A stretch of 64,000 nucleotides of DNA. Origin: an uncultured Actinomycetota bacterium. GTDB taxonomy: Bacteria; Actinomycetota; Actinomycetes; Mycobacteriales; Jatrophihabitantaceae. Made by a program: the position numbers and the translations under genes. The notes under the pieces are model-generated. The model ran no database searches. It saw only the letters and a list, made by a program, of their open reading frames with translations, and was not told the DNA's origin. The stretch covers positions 225,298 to 289,297 of the forward strand of contig CAWCNK010000008.1 in the NCBI GenBank assembly GCA_963796905.1. Reading direction: 5' to 3'. This document shows, one piece after another, positions 54,707 to 61,794 of the stretch (the first letter of the stretch is position 1; every line of letters starts with the position of its first letter).

Positions 54707-55652
54707 ATGCCGGCCAGCCCGCCAGGTCGGTCAGGGTGGCCAGCCGGCCCCGGGCACCGACCGCGGTCACCGCCAGCGCGCCGCAGATGTTGCCGACCGC
54801 CAGCCGGCGCTGCGGCGCCAGCCCGGCCAGGCTGGCCAGCAGGTAACCCGCGGCGAAGGCGTCGCCGGCCCCGGTCGGGTCCACCTGCCGCACCGTCTCG
54901 GCGCGGGCGTGCAGCGCGGCACCGCCGGACCGCAGCGCCGAGCCGTCCGCGCCGAGCGTCTGCACCACCTCGGGACGACCGGCCCAGCCGGCCGGCAGCC
55001 CGGCTCGCACCGCCGGCCACTCGTTGCGGTTGACCAGGATCGACCGGCAGCTGGCCAGGTAGGCCCGCGACGATTCCCGATGGGCGTAGATGCCGCCCGG
55101 GTTCCAGACCAGGTTGTCGGCCAGCGCGGTACCGGCGGTGGCGGTGAAGATCTCCGCCAGCGCCGGCTCGGCCGGGTCGAAGATCACCATCGCGTCGTAG
55201 TCGTCGGCCAGTGCTCGCCGGACATGCTCATCAGCCAGCTGGTCGTTGGCACCGGGCAGCAGCAGCATGAAGTGCTGCTCGCCGAACACCGGGATCACCA
55301 CCCGGCCGGTCGGGCTGCGCGGGATCCGCACGATGGGTGTGACGTCCACCCGCTGGGCCCGCAGGTCGGAGATCAGCAGCTCGCCGGTGTCGTCGGCACC
55401 GACCGCGGCCAGCAGCGACACCTCGGCGCCGAGTGCCGCGAGCGCGCAGGCGCAGTTGCCGGCGTGCCCGCCGGGCGCGGTGACCCGTTCCCGGACCAGC
55501 ACCGCACCCTCGTCGCCGGGGTGGTGGTCGGCGATCAGGATCTCGTCGTGGTTCAGCGAGCCGGCCACCAGGATCCGGGTGCGCCGGCCGGCCTGCCGCA
55601 GCGCCTCGACCTCGGCGCCGGCCAGCCGGGTGCCGGACGTCAGGCTGGTCAT
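54702..55652 (-). CDS. PfkB-family carbohydrate/nucleoside kinase (ribokinase-like)
   Basis: 316 aa. The ATG overlaps the RidA stop (ATGA). The C-terminal ATP motif is DPTGAGDAFAAGYL. Confidence 0.85.
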   Translation of the reverse strand: MTSLTSGTRLAGAEVEALRQAGRRTRILVAGSLNHDEILIADHHPGDEGAVLVRERVTAPGGHAGNCACALAALGAEVSLLAAVGADDTGELLISDLRAQRVDVTPIVRIPRSPTGRVVIPVFGEQHFMLLLPGANDQLADEHVRRALADDYDAMVIFDPAEPALAEIFTATAGTALADNLVWNPGGIYAHRESSRAYLASCRSILVNRNEWPAVRAGLPAGWAGRPEVVQTLGADGSALRSGGAALHARAETVRQVDPTGAGDAFAAGYLLASLAGLAPQRRLAVGNICGALAVTAVGARGRLATLTDLAGWPAC

Positions 55653-56074
55653 CGCGGCTCGCCCGCGGCCCGGGCGGCGATGCCGCTGATCTCGACCAGG
55701 CAGCCGTCCTCGACCAGCGCGGCGACCCCGACGAAGGCACTGGACGGGCCGGGCTCGCTGAGCCGGGCGTTGCGCACCGCCGAGACCGGCGCGAAGTTCG
55801 CGGCCAGGTCGCGGACGTAGATGGTCACGCTGACCAGGTCGCCCAGCCCCAGGCCGGCCGCGGCCAGCACGGCGGCGATCCGGTCGAAGACCGCCTCGGC
55901 CTGCCCGGCCGGGTCGTCCGGGTGCAGCAGCCGGCCGTGCTCGTCGGTCGCGACCTGGCCCGAGACGAAGACCAGGCTGCCGGCCGCCTCCGAGCGCAGT
56001 GCGATGCCCGGGCTGTACTTACCGACCGGCTTGGAATGCCCTTGCGGGACTAGGGGAACCCGGTCCCAGCTCAT
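55649..56074 (-). CDS. RidA/YjgF family reactive-intermediate (enamine/imine) deaminase
   Basis: 141 aa. Sequence: GKYSPGIAL...VFVSGQVA...VSVTIYV. The ATG overlaps the SDR stop (ATGA). Confidence 0.85.
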   Translation of the reverse strand: MSWDRVPLVPQGHSKPVGKYSPGIALRSEAAGSLVFVSGQVATDEHGRLLHPDDPAGQAEAVFDRIAAVLAAAGLGLGDLVSVTIYVRDLAANFAPVSAVRNARLSEPGPSSAFVGVAALVEDGCLVEISGIAARAAGEPR

Positions 56075-56829
56075 GACGGTGCCTCCTGGCTCAGGGCCTC
56101 GGGGTACGGGCCGAAGGACGAGGTCAGGGCGGCCAGTTGCAGCTCCCGAACCTCGACGCCGGCCGGCAGCTCGAACAGCCAGCCGATCACGTCGGCGACC
56201 TCGTCGGCCGACAGCGAGCCCGGGCGGGACCCGGCGACGGGCTCGGCCAGGCTGCCCTGGAAGGCGGTGTCCACCCGGCTGGGCAGCAGCGCGGTGATCC
56301 GGACGCCGGCGCTGCGGGCCTCCCGCCGGGCCACCTCGAGCAGCGCCGCCAGGCCGGCCTTGGACGCGGCGTAGGCGGCCCGGCCGGCGAACGGGTGCTT
56401 GGCCGAGTCCGACAGCACGCCGACCACCAGGCTGCCGGGCCGGTCCCGCAGTCGGGGGAGGAATTGCCTGAGCACCAGCATCGAGCCGCGCAGGTTGGTG
56501 GCCAGTGTCTGGTCCCAGACCGCGTCGTCGATGTCGGCGATCTGCTGCCAGATGCCGGAGCCGGCGTTGAGCACCAGGCCGGTCAGCGGTGACTGCCAGT
56601 CGATCGCGGCATGACCCGCGGCGACCTGGTCGGCGTCGGCGACGTCGACCGCACGGACGCTGACCTGGTTGCCGAACGCCGCGGCCTTGTCACCGACCGC
56701 CTGCAGCTCGTCCAGGGTGCGTGCCCACAGCACCAGGTCGAAGCCGGCGGCGGCCAGCCGCAGCGCGGTCTGGGCGCCGATGCCCCTGCTGGCGCCGGTC
56801 ACCAGCACCGTCGCCTGCCGGGCGGTCAC
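56071..56829 (-). CDS. SDR family oxidoreductase
   Basis: GTG at 56829 overlaps the DJ-1 gene stop (GTGA). Motifs are TGASRGIG, NAGSG and YAASKAG (YxxxK). The upstream part of the 477-aa track ORF is repeat-derived junk. Confidence 0.85.
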   Translation of the reverse strand: MTARQATVLVTGASRGIGAQTALRLAAAGFDLVLWARTLDELQAVGDKAAAFGNQVSVRAVDVADADQVAAGHAAIDWQSPLTGLVLNAGSGIWQQIADIDDAVWDQTLATNLRGSMLVLRQFLPRLRDRPGSLVVGVLSDSAKHPFAGRAAYAASKAGLAALLEVARREARSAGVRITALLPSRVDTAFQGSLAEPVAGSRPGSLSADEVADVIGWLFELPAGVEVRELQLAALTSSFGPYPEALSQEAPS

Positions 56830-57656
56830 GAGTGGTCCGCGCCGGCAGCCACCCGGTCCGCGCCGGCAGCCACCCGGTCCGCGCCGGTGGTTACCCGGTC
56901 CGCGCCGGTGGTTACCCGGTCCGCGCCGGCAGCCACCCGGTCCGCGCCGGTGGTTACCCGGTCCGCGCCGGCAGCCACCCGGTCCGCGCCGGTGGTTGCC
57001 CGTTCCGTGGCCTCCGGTGCCATGGCCAGCGTCCGGCCCTGGCGCAACTCCATCCGGTCCAGCAGCTCGGGCAGCACGGCAGGGGCGTGGTCGGCGACCA
57101 GTTGCAGCGCGAGGTCGACCGACTTCACCGAACCGGATCGATCGCCGCCGACCGAGGTCAGGGTGCCGTCCCGGACCAGGCCGGTGCCGGGCCGGCACTC
57201 GGCACCCAGCTCGCCGCGCTTGGCCGCGTGGATGGCCACGGTGCGCCCGGCCGCCAGGCCCGCGGCAGCCACCAGCAAGGCACCGGAGCACACCGTGTAG
57301 AGCGCCGCGCCGTGCCGGTGGGCGGCCCGCAGGTAGTCCAGGTACGCCGCCGCCGCCAACATGTCGCCGACCCCCCGCCCGCCCGGCACCAACACCGCGT
57401 CGGCAGCGCCGGCGACCTCGTTCAGGCCGGCCCGGACGCACAGCTGCAGCCCGCCGGCGGTCTCCAGTTGGGCCCGGTCCGCGGCGAGGGCGACGTCCAG
57501 CCACGGCGCCGGCCCGGCCCGGGTGAGGGCGGCGGCCTTGGACAGCACCCCGTAGGCGCCCAGCAGGTCCAGGTCGTCTACGCCGGGGAACGCCAGCAGC
57601 CGCACCACCACCGTGCCGGGTGGCCGGTCATCAGGCGGGTTCGGCTCATGAGGCAT
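56826..57656 (-). CDS. DJ-1/PfpI family protein with C-terminal heptad tandem repeat
   Basis: ATG at 57656. The nucleophile elbow is YTVCSGALLVAAAG. The C-terminus is 8 x GADRV(A/T)(A/T). The start overlaps the MIPS-like gene stop by 11 nt. Confidence 0.75.
   Translation of the reverse strand: MPHEPNPPDDRPPGTVVVRLLAFPGVDDLDLLGAYGVLSKAAALTRAGPAPWLDVALAADRAQLETAGGLQLCVRAGLNEVAGAADAVLVPGGRGVGDMLAAAAYLDYLRAAHRHGAALYTVCSGALLVAAAGLAAGRTVAIHAAKRGELGAECRPGTGLVRDGTLTSVGGDRSGSVKSVDLALQLVADHAPAVLPELLDRMELRQGRTLAMAPEATERATTGADRVAAGADRVTTGADRVAAGADRVTTGADRVTTGADRVAAGADRVAAGADHS
56834..57001 (-). repeat. 21-bp tandem repeat x8 (two sequence variants) encoding the GADRVAA/GADRVTT heptads
   Basis: The variants ggtccgcgccggcagccaccc (A) and ggtccgcgccggtggttaccc (T) occur in the order A A T T A T A T', exactly in phase from 56834. 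Confidence 0.9.
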
Positions 57657-58746
57657 GTTCGACGCTCGACCGATCGCCGGCCGCGACGTGCATGCCGGCG
57701 TCCAGCTCCAGCAGGCTCTGTGCCACCGCCGCCTCGGTGATGGACGGGTGGCCACCGGCCGGCGACTTGAGAATGCGCGCGGCGGCGGCCGGGAAGCCGC
57801 CCAGGCCCAGCCGCTTGGCGGCGGCGGCGATCCGGATCAGGTCGATGATCACCCCGGCGGCGTTGCTGGAGTCCTGCACCTTGAGCTTGAGGTCCACCGA
57901 GATCGGGGTGCCGGCCCAGCCGACCGCCTCGATGTTGAGCATCCCCACCTTGTTGTCGTTGAGGTGGGCGACGAAGCCGGCGGACGGGATGACCTCCACC
58001 TTGGTGGTGTCCAGCCCCTCCTGGGCCAGGGCGTTGAGTTTCGAGGCGCGCTTGCTCTCGCCGACCACGCGCAGGTTCTTGAAGTCCTCGTTGCCGCCCA
58101 GGTTGAGCTGGTAGGAGCTCACCAGCGACAGCCCGCGGTCGGTGAGCAGGCCGAGCAGGGCGCGGTGCACCACCGAGGTGCCGAGGTGGCTGGCCAGGTC
58201 GTCGCCGACCAGCGGCAGGCCACGGCGCTCGAACTCGGCCAGGGTGGCCGGTACCCGGGCGACCGACTCGGGCGTGCAGTTGACGAACGCCGTGCCGGCC
58301 TCCAGGGCGAGTTGGGCGTAGGCGTCGGCGGCCCACTGCAGGCCGGTCGGCAGTGAGTAGAGCAGCACCTCGGCACGGCTGTCGCGCAGCTGCCGGACGA
58401 TCCGGGTCCACGCCGGGCCGCCCGGCTCGCAGTCGGTCGCCGTCAGGCCCGGGGTGACCGGAAAGCGCAGCTCGGGCAGCGGCACGTCCAGCCGCGGGTA
58501 GTTGTTGGGGGTGGCCAGCACCGCGTCGGAGAACGCCAGGCCCACCTTGCCGGGGTGGACGTCGAAGGCGGCGACGAAGTCGATGTCGGCCACCCCCAGG
58601 CCGCCGATCTCGGCGTGCTTGATGCCGGGCAGCTCGGTGGCCGGCACCCCGTGGGAGAGCAGCTGCCGGTAGTACTGGGCGCCCTGGAACAGGGCCGAGA
58701 TGTTGTTGCCGACCCCGCAGACGGCTAGGCGAAGTGGTTCGGGCAT
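57646..58746 (-). CDS. myo-Inositol-1-phosphate synthase family protein (divergent paralogue)
   Basis: 366 aa. Sequence: RLAVCGVGNNISALFQG...FVAAFDV...GDDLASHLG...QLNLGGNEDFKNL...SKRASK...DSSNAAGVIIDLIRIAAAA. It aligns by eye with mycobacterial Ino1 motifs (QLNVGGNMDFLN, SKKISK, DSPNSAGVIIDAVRAAKIA) but is far more divergent than housekeeping actinobacterial Ino1. Confidence 0.85.
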   Translation of the reverse strand: MPEPLRLAVCGVGNNISALFQGAQYYRQLLSHGVPATELPGIKHAEIGGLGVADIDFVAAFDVHPGKVGLAFSDAVLATPNNYPRLDVPLPELRFPVTPGLTATDCEPGGPAWTRIVRQLRDSRAEVLLYSLPTGLQWAADAYAQLALEAGTAFVNCTPESVARVPATLAEFERRGLPLVGDDLASHLGTSVVHRALLGLLTDRGLSLVSSYQLNLGGNEDFKNLRVVGESKRASKLNALAQEGLDTTKVEVIPSAGFVAHLNDNKVGMLNIEAVGWAGTPISVDLKLKVQDSSNAAGVIIDLIRIAAAAKRLGLGGFPAAAARILKSPAGGHPSITEAAVAQSLLELDAGMHVAAGDRSSVEHAS

Positions 58747-58801
58747 CGGGACTCCTCTGCTGCGTGGCGAGACAACTCTGTGCTGGGGAAGGGCGTACTG
58801 A

Positions 58802-59842
58802 TCAGCTGGCGCGGGCCGGCTCGGCCGAGGCCAGGGCGACCGCCTCGGCCAGTCGCTGCTGGGCCCACAAACCGTCGGCGAAGCTCGCCAGCACCTCGTC
58901 CGGATCGGGCCGGCCGGCGATCGCCGCCAGCACCTGCGGATAGGGGTCCAGCGAAACGGGCCCGTAGCGGGCGGTCTTGCTGGTCGCGTTACCGCTGTGC
59001 ACCGTCAGCTCCGCCGAGGCGTCGTCGGCCTGCAGGCGCAGCTGCAGGCAGCGTTGCGACCCCTCGATCTGCAGCGCGATCTCTCGCACCCCGCGGGTCA
59101 GCCGGGACAGCGAGACGCTGGCCAGGCAGCCGGAGTCCGGCTCGCGCAGCCATACCTCGGCCAGGTCCTCGGTGCGGGGCCCGGCCGGTTGCAGCGCCGG
59201 CGGGTCCAGGTCCTGGCGCACCGTGCTGGTGTGCGCGGCGACGGCCGACCAGTCCCGCGGGATCAGCCAGTGCAGCAGGTCGAACAGGTGCACGCCCTGA
59301 TCGCCCAGGGTGCCGGCCCCGGCCTGGTCCGGTCGCTGCCGCCAGGACGTCCCGTCGGGCGGCTGTTGCCCGGCGGTGCGGAAGAAATCGTGGAAGAAGC
59401 TGGCCTGCACCCGCTGCAGCGTGCCGATGCCGGCGGCCAGCTGGTCGCGCAGCTCCCGCACTGCCGGGTGGCCGCGCCACTGGAAGTTGACCGCGCTGCG
59501 ATCCGGTGCGGTGGCGGCCAGCGCCACCAGCTCGACGGCCGAGGCGGGTGTGCTGGCCAGCGGCTTGTCCACGAAGGCGAAGGCGCCGGCGGCCAGCGCG
59601 GCGGCCACCAGCTGCTGCCGGGTGTCCGGCGGGGTGACGACCACCGCCAGCCCGATACCGCGCTCGCGCAGCACGCCGACTGGGTCGGTGGACAGGTTGC
59701 CTATGCCGTATCGGCTGGCCAGGTCGGTGGCTCGCTGGTGGTCACGGGCGTAGCAGAGGGTGTCGAGCTCTAGTTCCGGGTGCCCGGCGAGCCACTCCAG
59801 GTGCTGGGCACCGAAGCCGCAACCGAGCACTGCTACCCGCAT
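58802..59842 (-). CDS. Gfo/Idh/MocA family NAD(P)-dependent oxidoreductase
   Basis: 346 aa. The Rossmann motif is MRVAVLGCGFGAQH and the central motif is VDKPLA. It is the first gene of the operon, with GGAGGAGG upstream. Confidence 0.8.
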   Translation of the reverse strand: MRVAVLGCGFGAQHLEWLAGHPELELDTLCYARDHQRATDLASRYGIGNLSTDPVGVLRERGIGLAVVVTPPDTRQQLVAAALAAGAFAFVDKPLASTPASAVELVALAATAPDRSAVNFQWRGHPAVRELRDQLAAGIGTLQRVQASFFHDFFRTAGQQPPDGTSWRQRPDQAGAGTLGDQGVHLFDLLHWLIPRDWSAVAAHTSTVRQDLDPPALQPAGPRTEDLAEVWLREPDSGCLASVSLSRLTRGVREIALQIEGSQRCLQLRLQADDASAELTVHSGNATSKTARYGPVSLDPYPQVLAAIAGRPDPDEVLASFADGLWAQQRLAEAVALASAEPARAS

Positions 59843-59893
59843 TTCCGCCTCCTCCGCACCCAGAGCGCCGGAGTGGTGGTTGTGGTTCCAAAT

Positions 59894-59920
59894 CGCCCTA
59901 ACATGCTGTTACCGGCCCTA
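59894..59920. promoter_or_regulatory. Direct repeat GCCCTAA-N13-GCCCTAA in the AT-richer operon leader (candidate operator)
   Basis: GCCCTAA lies at 59894-59900 and 59914-59920, a 20-bp phasing. This is 50-80 nt upstream of the first operon gene, in the only AT-rich patch of the 205-nt intergenic region. Confidence 0.3.
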
Positions 59921-60047
59921 AGATTTCATACATTACGAGCTGGGGCAAGGACGGCGAAGGTAGCTAACTCATAGGCAACCCGTTGACCCGCGAGCCTCGT
60001 GCAGACAGGCGGGTCCAGAGTTCGGAAGGTCGGCGAGGGGCGTTACC

Positions 60048-61073
60048 TCAGCTTGATGCCGCCTCGCGCCACAGGTCGACGCCGCCCTCGACCGCGTACC
60101 GGTCGATCTCGTCGAGCTCGTCAGAGGTGAAGGACCGGTGCTCCAGTGCGGCAAGGTTCTGCTCGAGCTGGCGCACCGACGAGGCGCCGACCAGCACCGA
60201 GCTGACCCGCTCGTCACGGGCGGCCCACGCGATGGCCAGCTGGGCCAGCGACTGCCCGCGCCGGGCCGCGATGTCGCTGAGTGCCCGGATGCGTTGCAGG
60301 TTCTGCTCGCTGAGCAGGTCGGCCGACAGTGAGGAGTTCTCCGCCATCCGGGAGTCTGCCGGCACCCCGTCGAGGTACTTGTCGGTCAGCATTCCCTGGG
60401 CCAGCGGGGAGAACGCGATCACCCCGGCGCCGGCGTCGGCCACCGCGTCGAGCAGGCCACCCTCGACCCAGCGGTTGAGCAGCGAGTAGGACGGCTGATG
60501 GATGAACAGCGGGGTACCCAGCTCACGAAGGATCCGAGCTGCCTCGGCGGTGCGCTGCGGGGAGTAGGAGGAGATGCCGGCGTAGAGCGCCTTGCCGGAC
60601 CGGACCGCCTGGTCCAGCGCCCCCATGGTCTCGGCCAGCGGGGTGTCCGGGTCGTTGCGGTGGTGGTAGAAGACGTCGACGTAGTCCACGCCCATCCGGC
60701 GCAGCGAGTCGTCCAGGCTCGACAGCAGGTACTTGCGTGATCCGTGGTCGCCGTACGGCCCGGGCCACATGTCCCAGCCGGCCTTGGTCGACAGGAACAG
60801 CTCGTTGCGGTACGGCCGGAAGTCCTGGGCGTACAGCTTGCCGAAGTTCAGCTCCGCCGAACCGTACGGCGGTCCGTAGTTGTTGGCCAGGTCGAAGTGG
60901 GTGACGCCGAGGTCGAAGGCGCGCCGCAGGATCGCCCGCTGGGTCTCCAGCGGCCGGTCGTCGCCGAAGTTGTGCCACAGGCCGAGCGAGATCAGCGGCA
61001 GCTGGATCCCGCTGCGGCCCACCCGGCGGTAGGTCATCGTCTGGTAGCGGTCGTCGGCGGCGAGGTAGCTCAT
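60048..61073 (-). CDS. Aldo/keto reductase (YghZ / L-glyceraldehyde-3-phosphate reductase-like, AKR14-type)
   Basis: 341 aa. Sequence: GLWHNFG...THFDLANNYGPPYGSAE...DVFYHHRND...LAQGMLT. Confidence 0.9.
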   Translation of the reverse strand: MSYLAADDRYQTMTYRRVGRSGIQLPLISLGLWHNFGDDRPLETQRAILRRAFDLGVTHFDLANNYGPPYGSAELNFGKLYAQDFRPYRNELFLSTKAGWDMWPGPYGDHGSRKYLLSSLDDSLRRMGVDYVDVFYHHRNDPDTPLAETMGALDQAVRSGKALYAGISSYSPQRTAEAARILRELGTPLFIHQPSYSLLNRWVEGGLLDAVADAGAGVIAFSPLAQGMLTDKYLDGVPADSRMAENSSLSADLLSEQNLQRIRALSDIAARRGQSLAQLAIAWAARDERVSSVLVGASSVRQLEQNLAALEHRSFTSDELDEIDRYAVEGGVDLWREAASS

Positions 61074-61116
61074 GGCATCGATTCTGCGCCCCGGACCCGG
61101 GCCACCCGCCGATGGG

Positions 61117-61767
61117 TCAGCCGGTGACCACCGGGTCGATGCTCATCGGGCAGCCGCGCACCGACAGCGGCACCACCACTCGCTCGGTCCGGTTCGGCGG
61201 GTAGATCGCCACCGAGTCGGACTTGTCCGCCTGGCAGGTCGAGGCGATCACCAGTTCGGCGGTGACCGACTTGCCCGGCGCCAGCTGCACCGGGTGGATC
61301 GGCTTGCCGCTGCGGGTCGCGGGCCGGCCGAGCGGAGCGCCGGCCTTGACCAGTTGCACGCCCGGGTAGCCGGTCAGCGAGCAGGTCCTGCCCGAGTGGT
61401 TGGTGAACTGCAGGAAGGCGTACTGGTGCCCTGCGGCCCCGGACGCGCGCAGCGCCTCGACGGCCAGCGCCGCGCTGGGGCAGCCGCCGGCCTCGACCAC
61501 GCCGGCCGGTGTGCTGCTGGCCGGTCGCGAGGTCGGGGTGGTCGGGGTGCGGCTGGGCCGGCTGGCGATGCCGGCCGGTGAGCTGGCGGCCGGCTGCGAG
61601 TCGACCGGCCGGGAGCTGGCCGGCTCCGAGCTGGCCGGCTGGCTGACGTTCGGCTGGGAGCTGGCGACCGGAGCCGCCGCCTGCCGGTCGTCCGACCCGC
61701 AGGCGGTGGCCAGCACCAGGACGGCGCCGAGCAGCAGGAAGGTGCGGGGGCGGGGAGAGGAAGTCAT
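61117..61767 (-). CDS. DUF4232-domain lipoprotein
   Basis: Lipobox LVLATAC is followed by a Ser/Pro-rich linker. The C-terminal domain reads C.....L.V......GAAGHQYAFLQFTNHSGRTCSLTGYPGVQLV. Confidence 0.7.
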   Translation of the reverse strand: MTSSPRPRTFLLLGAVLVLATACGSDDRQAAAPVASSQPNVSQPASSEPASSRPVDSQPAASSPAGIASRPSRTPTTPTSRPASSTPAGVVEAGGCPSAALAVEALRASGAAGHQYAFLQFTNHSGRTCSLTGYPGVQLVKAGAPLGRPATRSGKPIHPVQLAPGKSVTAELVIASTCQADKSDSVAIYPPNRTERVVVPLSVRGCPMSIDPVVTG

Positions 61768-61794
61768 CGGCTGGGGACCCTAGTTGATCCGGAC

